64,000 nt of DNA from Vulcanimicrobiota bacterium (lineage in GTDB: Bacteria; Vulcanimicrobiota; Vulcanimicrobiia; Eremiobacterales; Eremiobacteraceae). This document shows, in pieces, positions 10,149 through 20,388 of the stretch. Position 1 is the stretch's first letter; every line of letters begins with the position of its first letter. The stretch spans positions 1,760,001 through 1,824,000 of the forward strand of contig CAWETU010000001.1 of the NCBI GenBank assembly GCA_963812135.1, read 5' to 3'. Position numbers and translations under genes: made by a program. The notes under the pieces were generated by a model. It ran no database searches and was not told where the DNA came from. It saw nothing but the letters and a program-made list of their open reading frames with translations.

Positions 10149-10924
10149 ACGACGCGCTCGAGGGTGGGTTCCCCTGCGCTCACGAGCGCGGGAGTGGATT
10201 CATCAAGCGCGAGGTGTGCCGGCCAGGTGCCGGCGACATCGGGCAACGCAGCGGCGAAACGCACGCTGCGACCCGGCGCGATCGCGCGCGACTTCGCGAC
10301 GTCGACCGAAGCGATGCATCCTAAGAGCTGTCCGCCGCCGTCGCTGCCCTCTTGCCATAGCGGCATGAGATCGTGCGCGCGCAAACGCAGCGAGGCGAAC
10401 GATGCGACCGGCTGCGCCGTGCCGTTCGTGATGATGACGAGCGCCGTGCCGGTCTTTTCGGCCTGCGCCACAAGGCGCGCGCAATGATGCGTCTGCAATG
10501 CACCCGCGAGCTCGCTGCCATCGAAGACCACGACCGCGCACGCACCGCCGCGCACGAGCGCATCCACCGCACGCCGCGCAGCTGCGGCCTCGCGCGGGCG
10601 CGCCACGATGAGACGCCGCACGTCGATGCCCGCGCCCGCCGCTCCAGGTGCGAAAAAACTCCCCGATGGATCCACGTACGCGCCGAGCGCGCCCTCGCGC
10701 GTGGCAGCCGCGAGCAGCGCGAACGCCACCATCGTCTTGCCGGAGGAGCGCGCCCCGAACAGCTCGGTGAGTTGACCGCGCGGCACGCCGGTCGGGCCGA
10801 GCAACGCGTCGAGCGCCTCGATGCCGCTGGCCCGGCCAGGGCGCACGGGGGCAGCGGCGTGGGGGATGACCCCTTGCCAGCGACGCTCTAATGCGCCTCG
10901 CAGCTCGGCGACGGAGGTAGCCAT
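10145..10924 (-). CDS. imuA: RecA-like ImuA protein
   Basis: SGIEALDALLG..GVPRGQLTELFGARSSGKT Walker A in a short RecA core; first gene of the imuAB-dnaE2 cassette. Confidence 0.85.
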   Translation of the reverse strand: MATSVAELRGALERRWQGVIPHAAAPVRPGRASGIEALDALLGPTGVPRGQLTELFGARSSGKTMVAFALLAAATREGALGAYVDPSGSFFAPGAAGAGIDVRRLIVARPREAAAARRAVDALVRGGACAVVVFDGSELAGALQTHHCARLVAQAEKTGTALVIITNGTAQPVASFASLRLRAHDLMPLWQEGSDGGGQLLGCIASVDVAKSRAIAPGRSVRFAAALPDVAGTWPAHLALDESTPALVSAGEPTLERVV

Positions 10925-10932
10925 GGGGGAAT

Positions 10933-10961
10933 AGTATAATCGAACATATGTTCGATATCAA
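10933..10961 (-). promoter_or_regulatory. imuA promoter with a LexA (SOS) box filling the spacer
   Basis: TTGATA(10961-10956)-N17-TATACT(10938-10933); perfect 18-bp palindrome ATCGAACATATGTTCGAT at 10939-10956 matches the CGAAC-N4-GTTCG Gram-positive-type SOS box. Confidence 0.9.
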
Positions 10962-11015
10962 GTGCCTTCTCATACCTCGATAAGGTTGGCCCAAAGCCGA
11001 CACGAAGGCCCCGGA

Positions 11016-12638
11016 ATGAGCGACTTTACCGCCGCGACCGAGGCCATTCTTCACGCGCGCCTCAAAGACGATCCCCTCCACGCCACTATCGCCGGCCTGC
11101 ATCAGTACGACTCCGAGCTGCCGGACGTCACTCCGGACGGCATCGGGCGCACGCACGCCGCGCTCGCCGCGCATATCGCGGTGCTCGAAGCGTTCACTCC
11201 CGGCGATCTGTCGGCGCAAGAACGCATCGATCGCCAGCTGCTCATGTCGATGCTCGAAGTGGAGCTGCGCGAGCTCACCGAGCTGCAACCCCACAAGCAC
11301 GATCCTTCGCTGTACCCTTCGCTTGCCGGTGAGGCGGTCTACTCGATCCTCGCGCGCGACTTCGCGCCGCTGCCCGAACGCATGGCGTCGGTCGTCGCGC
11401 GCTTGCGCAAGATCCCGGCGATGCTTGTCGCAGGCACGCAGAACTTGCAGCGCTCGCCCAAGATCTGGACCGAGATCGCGATCGAGGAGACCGATGGCGT
11501 GATCGATTTCTTCGAGCACACGGTCGCGCCGCTGCTCGACGCGGACGCCCAAGGACAAGCCGCCCTCAAGGCGACGATGACGGCGCTGCACGAGTACGCG
11601 CGCTTCCTCAAAGAAGAACATGCGCAGCGCGACGGCATGTCGTTCGCGGTCGGCCGCGATTTCTTCGACTACAAGCTCAAACACGAGCACTTCTTGCCGT
11701 ACACGGCGCAGACGCTGCTCGAGTTCGGCGAACAAGCGGTCCGCTTGACGGAGATGCGGCTGCAAGAAGTGGCCGACCTCATCGAGCCAAATGCGAACTG
11801 GGCGGACCTCATCGATAGCTTGCGCGCCGCGTCCCTGCCGCAATCCGACCTGCTCGCACAGTACCGCAAAGGCGTGCGCCGGGCACGCGAGTTCGTCCTC
11901 GAGCGCGGACTCGTCAGCGTGCCCGCAGGCGAAACGCTCGAGATTGTGGATACGCCATCCTTTTTACGACCGACGATTCCCTACGCCGCCTACATGGCGC
12001 CCGGTGCGTTCGAGCAGCAACAGCAAGGCCTCTACTACGTGACGCCGATCGCGCAGGGTGCAAGCGATCAAGAGCGCCGCGAGCAGCTGCTCGGCCACAA
12101 CACCTTCGGCATGCTGTTGACCAACGTGCACGAGGGTTATCCGGGGCACCACCTGCAGCTGGTGGTCGCCAACCGCGCGCCGTCGCTCGTGCGGCGCTTG
12201 TACGACAGCACGGTGTTCTGCGAAGGCTGGGCGCTGTATTGCGAGCAGCTCGTGCTCGATGAAGGTCTGGATCCGGACCCGCGCATGCGGCTGTTCCAAC
12301 TGAAGGATCAGTTGTGGCGCGCGTGCCGCATCGTCATCGACGCGAAGATCCACACGAGCGAGATGTCATTCGACGAAGCGGTCGACATGCTCGTGGATGT
12401 CGCCAAGCTCGAGCGCGTCAACGCCATCGGCGAGGTGCGCCGCTATACGCAAACCCCGACACAGCCGATGTCATACCTCGTCGGCAAGCACCAGATCCTC
12501 GACCTGCGTGAACGCGAGCGGCAGCGGCTCGGCTCGCGCTTCGACCTGCGCGACTTCCACGACCGGCTGCTGGCGCAAGGCTCCTTACCGGTCGCGCTCA
12601 TCGAAGCTGCTTCTTTCGCATCGCAACACGGGAGCTGA
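11016..12638 (+). CDS. DUF885 family protein
   Basis: HEGYPGHHLQ, FCEGWALYCE, WRACRIVID, EVRRY..PTQPMSYLVG, FDLRDFHDRLL motifs. Confidence 0.88.
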   Translation: MSDFTAATEAILHARLKDDPLHATIAGLHQYDSELPDVTPDGIGRTHAALAAHIAVLEAFTPGDLSAQERIDRQLLMSMLEVELRELTELQPHKHDPSLYPSLAGEAVYSILARDFAPLPERMASVVARLRKIPAMLVAGTQNLQRSPKIWTEIAIEETDGVIDFFEHTVAPLLDADAQGQAALKATMTALHEYARFLKEEHAQRDGMSFAVGRDFFDYKLKHEHFLPYTAQTLLEFGEQAVRLTEMRLQEVADLIEPNANWADLIDSLRAASLPQSDLLAQYRKGVRRAREFVLERGLVSVPAGETLEIVDTPSFLRPTIPYAAYMAPGAFEQQQQGLYYVTPIAQGASDQERREQLLGHNTFGMLLTNVHEGYPGHHLQLVVANRAPSLVRRLYDSTVFCEGWALYCEQLVLDEGLDPDPRMRLFQLKDQLWRACRIVIDAKIHTSEMSFDEAVDMLVDVAKLERVNAIGEVRRYTQTPTQPMSYLVGKHQILDLRERERQRLGSRFDLRDFHDRLLAQGSLPVALIEAASFASQHGS

Positions 12639-12644
12639 CAACCC

Positions 12645-13127
12645 ATGTACATCTTCTTCAAAGTGCTCCACGTCATCGCCGTCATCATGTTCGTCGGCAA
12701 CATCACGGTCGGAGGATTCTGGAAGGCATGGGGCGACCGCACGAAAGACCCGCGCATCATCGCGAACGCGGTGGATGGCATCATCGTCGCCGATCGGATC
12801 TTCACCATTCCCGGCATCATCCTGTTGCTGATCGGCGGCATCGGCGCCGCGCTGGTGGGTCACATCCCCATCTTGAGCACCGGTTGGATTCTGTGGCCGA
12901 TCGTGCTCTTCACGTTGTCGGGGATCGCCTTCGGTCCGGTCGCACGGGCACAGCGCTTGCTCTCGGCGGTCGCGCACGAGGGCATCGACTCAGGCTCGAT
13001 GAGTTGGGAGCTCTACCAGCGCTTCTCCAACGTTTGGGCGGTGTGGGGCATGATCGCATTGATCGCGCCGCTCATCGCCGCTATCATCATGATCTGGAAA
13101 CCCGCGCTGCCGGCCTTTCACGCGTGA
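12645..13127 (+). CDS. DUF2269-like integral membrane protein
   Basis: KVLHVIAVIMFVG start, four TM segments, terminal MIWKP. Confidence 0.75.
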   Translation: MYIFFKVLHVIAVIMFVGNITVGGFWKAWGDRTKDPRIIANAVDGIIVADRIFTIPGIILLLIGGIGAALVGHIPILSTGWILWPIVLFTLSGIAFGPVARAQRLLSAVAHEGIDSGSMSWELYQRFSNVWAVWGMIALIAPLIAAIIMIWKPALPAFHA

Positions 13128-13615
13128 GAGTTATCCAACTGTGCAGCGGTTTGCTCGTGCGTGACGGCGCGCTGCTGCTCACCCGTTGCGTCTATGAGGG
13201 TGAGCCCGAACCGCTTTGGACCTTGCCCGGCGGGCGTCAAGAAAAAGGCGAGACCAAACCGCAGACGATCGCACGAGAGTTCTGGGAAGAGGCAGCGCTG
13301 CGGGTGCAGGTGGGCGAGCTCGCGTACGCAAGCGAATCGATCGATGCGCCGCGCGACCTGCACGTCATGAATGCGACGTTCCACGTCGAGGAGCTCGGCG
13401 CGCGCGAGCAACCGCGCTCGCAGGACCCCAAGGTGGTCGAAGTGCGCTTCGTGCCTGTCGCGGAGGCGCCGGCCCTGTTGCGCGCGGACGTGCTTCGCAT
13501 TCCGGTGGAAGCGGCGCTGAGCGGGCGTTTGAACGGCCGCTATTTCTCATTCCGCGCCGAAGATGTGGTCGAGCCGTTCTTTCGCGGCCGCCCTCGCGAG
13601 CGCGGGGGCGTCTAG
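13124..13615 (+). CDS. NUDIX hydrolase
   Basis: GTGA overlap; WTLPGGRQEKGETKPQTIAREFWEEAAL Nudix box. Confidence 0.85.
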   Translation: MRVIQLCSGLLVRDGALLLTRCVYEGEPEPLWTLPGGRQEKGETKPQTIAREFWEEAALRVQVGELAYASESIDAPRDLHVMNATFHVEELGAREQPRSQDPKVVEVRFVPVAEAPALLRADVLRIPVEAALSGRLNGRYFSFRAEDVVEPFFRGRPRERGGV

Positions 13616-13617
13616 CT

Positions 13618-13920
13618 GTGGGATATATCATCGATCCGCCGCAACCCGTCGAGGGCGACTACGTCGCGGTGTTCGCACAAACGGAGGCGGCTGACGCGCT
13701 GGCAAAGACGTTTTTGGAGTCCCGAGACATGCATCCGGTGGTGATGCCGCAATTCGGCAGATTCGCTGCTCTGTTAGGCGCGGCCATTGGGCCCGGCCCC
13801 TCGTTGTACGGGCCCGAAGGACTGGTTTGCGTTCCGAAAAGCGAAGCCCCGGAGGCGATTCGTTTACTCGAGTCCGAGTCCGGGTTACTCGATCCTTCGT
13901 CTGACGCCGACGCGGATTAG
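13618..13920 (+). CDS. Small hypothetical protein, tandem paralog 1 (DUF2007/PII-like fold suspected)
   Basis: GTG start 2 nt after the NUDIX stop; GYIIDPPQPVEGDYVAVFAQT...LVCVPKSEAPEAIRLL. Confidence 0.7.
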   Translation: MGYIIDPPQPVEGDYVAVFAQTEAADALAKTFLESRDMHPVVMPQFGRFAALLGAAIGPGPSLYGPEGLVCVPKSEAPEAIRLLESESGLLDPSSDADAD

Positions 13921-14214
13921 ATGGGCTATCTCATCGACCCGCCGCAGCACGTCGAAGGCGACTACGTCGCGGTGTTCGCGCAGACGGATATGGCGGACGC
14001 GCTCGCGATCGAGTTCCTTAAGGACCACGGGCTGCATCCTGTGGTCATGCCGCAGATGGGCGACTTGGGGATGGCGCTGGGCGGCGCGTTCGGCGGCGGC
14101 GCAGACCTCTACGGCGGCGAGGCGCTACTCTGCGTGCCGGCACTCGAAGCGGATCAAGCGCTCGATCTGCTCGAGTTCGACTCCGGACTTGTCGACGAAG
14201 AGGACGGCGCTTAA
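13921..14214 (+). CDS. Small hypothetical protein, tandem paralog 2
   Basis: MGYLIDPPQHVEGDYVAVFAQT...LLCVPALEADQALDLL; clear paralog of the preceding ORF. Confidence 0.75.
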   Translation: MGYLIDPPQHVEGDYVAVFAQTDMADALAIEFLKDHGLHPVVMPQMGDLGMALGGAFGGGADLYGGEALLCVPALEADQALDLLEFDSGLVDEEDGA

Positions 14215-14219
14215 CTAGC

Positions 14220-15194
14220 GTGAGCGATCTCAAGAACGAATTCGCTTTCTCGTGGTCGCGCCACCAAGCATTCTATGCGTGCCCGCGGCGCTTCTACTGG
14301 CAGCACTACGGCTCGTGGCACGGTTGGGAAGACGACGCGCCGCTACAGACGCAGCTCGCCTACCGGCTCAAGCATCTGCAAAGCGTGGCGATGCTCGTCG
14401 GCGACACGTTCCACGCGGAGCTGAGCGAAGTGCTGCGTCGCCGGCCCGAGCGTCCGTGCGGCGTCCCCGCCGAGCAGTTGCGCGAGACGATGGAACGGCG
14501 CTTCTTCAAACGCCTGCGCGAATCGCGCGACAAGGATTGGCAACGCTACGGCAACGTCAAGGACTACGCGATCCTCTTCGAAGACTACTACGGCGAAGGC
14601 CTGAACGAACACGAGGAACGCCGCGCCCTCGACAAGCTGCGCCAGTGCGTCGAAGGCTTCGCGCGCAGCGGATTCGGCAAACGCGTTTTCGCCGTCGCCA
14701 AGTCCAAGCTGCGCCTCATCGATCCAAAGGGCTTCGACGCGAAACGCGCCGTGCTGGACGGCCTCTTGGTCTATGCATCGCCCGACCTCATCGCGGCCGA
14801 CGACAACGGCGACCTGCACATCGTCGATTGGAAGACTGGACCGCCGCATAAGACGAGTCTTGCGCAGCTGTCCATCTACGGGCTCGTCATCTCCGAAAAA
14901 CACCAAGCGCCGCTCGACCGGATGACGGCGCATCTCGTCTACGTGCACGCGGGCGTCCACGAGCCCTACAGCGATCTCGCCGCCGGCGTCGACGAGGCGC
15001 GGCGCAACATCTCGACGTTCGTCAAGGATGTCCAGGATCGGCTCACCGATATCGATGCGAATCTTGCGGGCGACATCGACGCGTTCCCGATGACGACAGA
15101 TCTTTGGAAGTGCCGGTCGTGCAATTTCCGCGAGCTGTGCGGCCGAACCGGCGACCCCGCGCTCGCGCCGGACGAGGAAACCACCGCGAGCTGA
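14220..15194 (+). CDS. PD-(D/E)XK RecB/Cas4-like nuclease with four-Cys motif
   Basis: FSWSR..ACPRRFYW; SPDLI..HIVDWKTG; QLSIY; C-terminal KCRSCNFRELC. Confidence 0.85.
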   Translation: MSDLKNEFAFSWSRHQAFYACPRRFYWQHYGSWHGWEDDAPLQTQLAYRLKHLQSVAMLVGDTFHAELSEVLRRRPERPCGVPAEQLRETMERRFFKRLRESRDKDWQRYGNVKDYAILFEDYYGEGLNEHEERRALDKLRQCVEGFARSGFGKRVFAVAKSKLRLIDPKGFDAKRAVLDGLLVYASPDLIAADDNGDLHIVDWKTGPPHKTSLAQLSIYGLVISEKHQAPLDRMTAHLVYVHAGVHEPYSDLAAGVDEARRNISTFVKDVQDRLTDIDANLAGDIDAFPMTTDLWKCRSCNFRELCGRTGDPALAPDEETTAS

Positions 15195-15196
15195 AG

Positions 15197-15997
15197 TTAG
15201 GGCTCGCCGCCCATGTCGTCGCTGCCCGGCGGCGGCGCGCGGTCGGCGGAAACGCCGAGCGCGATGAGCTGCGGCACCGTCACGAACTGATAGCCCTGGG
15301 CACGCAGCTGCGATACGATCAGCTTGGTCGCCTCGACGCTCGGCCCCCGATCGCCGGGCTTTCCTTTGTTGCCGTCGTGCAAGACGATGATGGACCCATC
15401 GGACACGTTCCGCACGATGCGATTGGCGATCACTTGCGGCGGCGGATTCTCCCAATCGCGCGCCAGCGGCACCGACCACATGATCACCTGATAGCCCATG
15501 TCATGTGCGACTTGGATGACCGCGTAGTCGCGTGCGCCGAACGGCGGCCTGAACAACGTCGTGTGTTGTCCGGTCGCATCGAAGATCGCCTGATCGGTGG
15601 CGGCCAGCTCATTGTGGATGTGGCGGCGCGTCTCTAGCACCAAGTGCGCGTGATCCCACGAGTGGTTGCCGATCGCGTTGCCGTACTGCGCCTCGCGACG
15701 GACCGAATCGGGGTACTTCGCGACCGCGCGGCCGACGACGAAAAACGTGGCGGGCACGTGCTGCTGGTGGAGGTACTGCACGATGTCGTCGGTGTACGGT
15801 GGATTCGGCCCGTCGTCAAACGTGAGCGCGACGTACTTGCCATGCAGCGGCACATGCGTGATGGTCGTGCCAAAGGTCTGGTTGTATGGGTTTTCGAGCA
15901 AGTACCAGGCGACGCCCACGAGCAACACGACGATGATCGCCGCCAAGCATATCTCGCGCCATCGTTTTCGATACCAGGTGGACACCGAAAGGATCAA
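15197..15997 (-). CDS. Polysaccharide deacetylase (NodB/CE4), membrane anchored
   Basis: ALTFDDGP, GNHSWDH, FRPPFG, IIVLHDG motifs. Confidence 0.92.
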   Translation of the reverse strand: MILSVSTWYRKRWREICLAAIIVVLLVGVAWYLLENPYNQTFGTTITHVPLHGKYVALTFDDGPNPPYTDDIVQYLHQQHVPATFFVVGRAVAKYPDSVRREAQYGNAIGNHSWDHAHLVLETRRHIHNELAATDQAIFDATGQHTTLFRPPFGARDYAVIQVAHDMGYQVIMWSVPLARDWENPPPQVIANRIVRNVSDGSIIVLHDGNKGKPGDRGPSVEATKLIVSQLRAQGYQFVTVPQLIALGVSADRAPPPGSDDMGGEP

Positions 15998-16665
15998 TGC
16001 GCGCCCGTGCGGTTCGGCGGAGCACCGGTGCCGGCGGCCAGTTCGGACCGGATCTTCGCCTCTGCCTGTTGCACGCTCGGCGGTCCGAACGACTCCATGT
16101 CTCGGACGATCTTCAAGTAATGGGGATCACGCAGCGGCGTGCTCGTCACGCCGATCGGATGTTGCGTATCCTTGAGGTTGAGCGGATACGACTGGCCGTT
16201 GGTCATGGCCCAAAAGACCGGATCGGAGAACGCGAATGCACGCTGGCCGCCCTCGCTCCCGAGCTGTTGCTGCACGAAGAACACGTATTCATCACGCGGA
16301 TGCGGCCGCACCGGTTTGTCCGGCAGTTCCCAGATGCCGTCCGCGCGCAGCTGCTCGAACAAGAACGTCGCCTCGGGTCCGCTCAATGGCACCTCGAATT
16401 GCTTGGTGATGAGGCCGTCGCGAGCGGTCGCCGAGAAGAACATCGTCACCTTGCCGTTGTCGTTGCTGATGCGATAGGTCTGCTCTGAGACCGGCCCGTC
16501 GTGCAGGTATTGCTGCATGGTGACCGTCCACGTGCTGTTCGCGTTCAGCACCTCGTTGACGGCGCGCTCGCGCACCAGATACGGCTCCACGAATCCGAAA
16601 AACGCGATGGCGATGAGCACGGCGCACACCACGACGACCAAGATGGAGCGCTGGCGTTCGTTCAC
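15994..16665 (-). CDS. Hypothetical membrane-anchored protein
   Basis: 223-aa ORF with N-terminal TM; overlaps both neighbours by 4 nt. Confidence 0.7.
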   Translation of the reverse strand: MNERQRSILVVVVCAVLIAIAFFGFVEPYLVRERAVNEVLNANSTWTVTMQQYLHDGPVSEQTYRISNDNGKVTMFFSATARDGLITKQFEVPLSGPEATFLFEQLRADGIWELPDKPVRPHPRDEYVFFVQQQLGSEGGQRAFAFSDPVFWAMTNGQSYPLNLKDTQHPIGVTSTPLRDPHYLKIVRDMESFGPPSVQQAEAKIRSELAAGTGAPPNRTGAH

Positions 16666-17504
16666 GCCGCGGCTCCGACGTAGATCACGTTCAACAGCGC
16701 GCGATACATCGCGGCGGAGTCGGCAGCCCTGGCGCCGACCCTGCGCGGCCCGCGGCGTTCCATGCCCGGCACGAGGGAGATGCGGTCGGCCTGGGCCGTC
16801 GTCACGGTGTGGATTTCCATGTCCAGCGGTAGTTCGAGACGCAGCGGTTCAAACGCTCCAAGGGAGCGCACAGCTCGCTCCGACGTTTCACGCAGGTCGG
16901 CGCACACCGCCTGGGGCGACCGGCAATCGGCCGCATAGTAGCCGATGCTCTGCTTCGTCTCGACGCCGAGCGCCCACGGAAGGACGCGAGCCGCCTCGGC
17001 GAGGGTCGTCGCGTCCGCCGACACGAGTGCGACCGGCACGCCGAAATGACCGGCGAACGCGGCGTTGATCGGCAGTTCGCTCACCGGCTCACCGTTCAAG
17101 CGGCACTCGTAGATGACGCGCGGGCTATACGTATGACCCATGACCGCGCACGCGTCGCCGATCGCGCCATGGTAGCCGATGAAGAACGCGGCCGCGCACT
17201 CCTCGCTCAGACCTTGCAGCATGAAATCCCGTTTGACGCGGCCGCTGACGACCGTGGCGCGCGGATCGAGCTCTTCGATCACGAGGTTACGCATGGTCGA
17301 ATGCGAGTCGTTGACGATGACGCGTGCGGCACCGCCGGCATATGCTCCCTCGATGACCGCGTTTGCCTCTGCGGTCATCAGTCGACGGGCACGCTGATAT
17401 GCCGCGCTGTCAGACGGGCGGACTTCATCCCAATGGACCAGCGTCGCGCAGCCTTCCATGTCGATGGAGACGAAGATCGTAGGCGATTTCGACGTGCGTG
17501 ACAT
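16662..17504 (-). CDS. M55 family D-aminopeptidase (DppA-like)
   Basis: IFVSIDMEG, VNDSH, FIGYH, MGHTY motifs. Confidence 0.9.
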   Translation of the reverse strand: MSRTSKSPTIFVSIDMEGCATLVHWDEVRPSDSAAYQRARRLMTAEANAVIEGAYAGGAARVIVNDSHSTMRNLVIEELDPRATVVSGRVKRDFMLQGLSEECAAAFFIGYHGAIGDACAVMGHTYSPRVIYECRLNGEPVSELPINAAFAGHFGVPVALVSADATTLAEAARVLPWALGVETKQSIGYYAADCRSPQAVCADLRETSERAVRSLGAFEPLRLELPLDMEIHTVTTAQADRISLVPGMERRGPRRVGARAADSAAMYRALLNVIYVGAAA

Positions 17505-17577
17505 CCGTAGCGCGCGATTCAACCGCGGGACAAGGGCATCCTCGCCAGCCCCGCAAAAGGGCGAGCAAGGAGACCGC

Positions 17578-19436
17578 ATGCAACCGATCTCGTCGCGTTG
17601 GAACACCGATGTCTTGCTCGCCGACGGGGCGATGGGCACGCTGCTGCTCGACCGCGCGCCAGCCACGACGACATGCGTCGAGCGGCTCAACCTCGACCAC
17701 CGCGAGCTGGTGGCGCGCGCGCACGCCGAGTACGTCGCGGCCGGCGCCCAGTCTGATCGAATCGAACACGTTCGCGGCCAACCGCCTCAAACTCGCCGCC
17801 CACGAACTGCGCGAGCATCTGCTCGAGATCAACACGGCGGGCGTGCGCCTTGCGCGCGAGGCCGCAGGCGATAAGGCCTATGTCGCCGGCTCGATCGGCC
17901 CGCTTGGCGCGCTGATGCGGCCACTGGGACTTGTCGAGCATGGCGAAGCAAGCGAGGTGTTCGCAGAACACATCGCCGCGGTCGCAGGCGCCGCACCCGA
18001 TCTTCTTCTGCTCGAAACGTTCGGCAGCGTCGAAGAAGCGCTGCTCGCACTGGCGGAGGCCAAGCGTATCGCGCCGTCGCTGCCCGTGGTCGTTTCGCTC
18101 TCGGTGCTCGAAGACGGCAAGACCCCAGGTGGCGATCCATTGCTTCCTGCGCTGCGCCGGCTGCGTGCCGAAGGCGCCGACGCGCTCGGCATCAACTGCG
18201 CGGTGGGACCGCAAGGCGTGTTCGACGTGCTCGCGCCGGTCATCGCGCACATCGACGTCCCCGTCTTCGTCATGCCTAACGCCGGCTATCCGCATCGCAT
18301 CGACGATCGCGCGGTCTATCAATCATCGCCGGAATATTTCCGCCGTTTCGCCCGCGATTTCGTCGCGTTGGGCGCAAACGTCATCGGCGGTTGCTGCGGC
18401 ACGACACCCGCACACATCGCGGCCATGCGGCCCGAAGTCGAGGGCAAACGCGTCCAGCCGCGCGCGCCGCGCGCGCCTGCCGGCGTGGAAGAACGGCGTC
18501 CGCCTGAAGCCGCGCGCGTCGTGCTGCCGACGCAGCGCGCGCTCACGGCATTCGAGCGCAAGCTTGGCAACGAGTTCGTGACCACGGTTGAAGTAGCGCC
18601 GCCGCGTGGCGTCGACTATGCGGCAGCCATCGCCGGGGCGAAGCTGCTCGAGGCCGCCGGCGCGGATGCGGTTGACATCTCGGACAATCCGACCGCCCGG
18701 TTGCGCATGTCGAGCACGGCGCTCGCGCACCTCATCATGCGCGAGACCGAGCTTGCCACGATCTTGCACTTCACCTGTCGCGACCGCAATCTCTTGGGAC
18801 TGCAAAGCGAGCTGCTCGGCGCAGCGGCATTGGGCGTCACCGCGATCCTGGCGCTGACCGGCGATCCGAGCAATGTCGGCGATTTCCCCAAGGCGACATC
18901 GGTCTTCGATGTCACCTCCGTCGGACTCACCGAGATCGTCAATTCGCTGAACCATGGCAAGGACCACGCCGGCACGGATGTCGGCTCCCCCACGCGCTTC
19001 CGCGTCGGCGTCGCGGTCAATCCGCTGGCGCGCGATCTCGACGTCGAGTTCAAGAAGTTCGACGAGAAGCTCGCGGCCGGCGCCGATTTCGCGATGACGC
19101 AGCCCATCTACGACGTCGCGGCGATCAAGCCGTTCCTCGATCGCATGGCCGCCTTGAAATTCCCCGTGCTCGTCGGCGTGCTGCTGCTGCGCAGTCTACA
19201 AGAACGCGGAGTTCTTGCACAACGAAGTGCCCGGCATGAGCGTGCCCGAGCACGTGCGCGAACGCATGCGCGGCGCGAAGGACCAACGCGGCGAAGGCAT
19301 CGCGCTCGCGCGCGATCTGCTATTGGAGCTGGCTCAGACGCCGGGCGCTGCCGGCGCGTACATCATCCCGCAGGATCGCTATGAGATGGCAGCCGAGGTG
19401 CTCGCCCAGTCGCAGCGCGCTCGAGCGACCGCTTAA
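17578..19436 (+). CDS. Bifunctional homocysteine S-methyltransferase / methylenetetrahydrofolate reductase (YitJ-like), two +1 frameshifts
   Basis: LADGAMGT, GINCAVGP, PNAG, IGGCCGTTP; MTHFR half HFTCRDRNLLGLQS, TGDP, TQPIYD, HNEVPG; frameshifts at about 17752 and 19195. Confidence 0.88.
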
Positions 19437-19555
19437 TACGTCAGATTAGAAACGGGTGAACTCCGAAGGCGTCTGGAACGAAGCCTTCCGAGTTCATCGT
19501 TAGTCCAAGCAACTGGCTCTCTCTTTTTATGTTACTCCCGCTTCTAGGAGAAACT

Positions 19556-20381
19556 ATGATGAGATCAATTGCAAAGGCTGCTATTCTACATTCTTTCGTC
19601 GCGATCGCGTTCTGCGCCGCGATGATTGCGATTGCCGCCGCGCCGGCTGCCGCGAAGTGTCCACCCGGGACCTTGCTGACCGAGGTCCACCGCAACATCG
19701 ACACCGGAAAACTCGTTCCCGGTTCCGGATCGACGCTGTGCTTGCAGTCCGGCAAGACGGCGCATCTGGTGGCCGACGCCTCGCTTTCCGCCCCCAAGGG
19801 CACGTATACGTTTCTGTTCTGGGATGTCTACGGCAAGCTCCATACCACACCCGGCGTGTCGGTCAAGACGTGGAAAAGCGAACCGGCTTTTAACGCCACC
19901 GCGTGGTATTTGTTCCAGCCGAAATGCCTGACGCCGCCCCTCTGCGGCGGCGGCAACACCAACGTCAGAACGCTCGGTTTCGAGGTAGACACGAACAAGC
20001 GGCTGCCGGGAACGCCGATCGCCTCGGTGACTCCAGCGACCAATGCTTGGAAGTCGCCGTCAGACGGTCGTGTACACGAATACGTCCGCCGTCACCATCA
20101 CCGCCACGAATCCGCTGGACTTCATCTACTGGAAGATATTTCCACCGAACCCAGCCGTGACCACCAAGAGCACGGTGCTCAGTGCCCCACTGAACGCCGA
20201 AGTTCTCTTAGCGATCGCGTTTTACGGACCGAATCCGTGCCCTCAAATCTCACCTCCCGGTCCAGGCGAGTTAGGGCCAGGGGCACGTCCCAGCTCATAC
20301 CGGCTGCGGCGAAATTACGACGCGGAGCTGTACACGGAATGCGTCGCCCGACATGGTGGCCCCGCCGCACCGGCGCCATGA
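19556..20381 (+). CDS. Secreted Cys/Pro-containing hypothetical protein (one +1 frameshift at about 20062)
   Basis: AGGAG RBS; signal peptide; sensible coding continues in the frame of ORF 20043-20381 (TVVYTNTSAVTITATNP). Confidence 0.6.
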
Positions 20382-20388
20382 GTCGAGG

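Noticed and set aside
14220..15194. Cas4-like gene as evidence for a CRISPR-Cas locus
   Set aside because: No regularly spaced repeat-spacer array and no other cas genes were seen in the window
17740..19200. Programmed frameshifting or true pseudogenisation of the yitJ-like gene, gatB and aroQ
   Set aside because: No slippery heptamers; a uniform +1 pattern across unrelated and essential genes fits sequencing error
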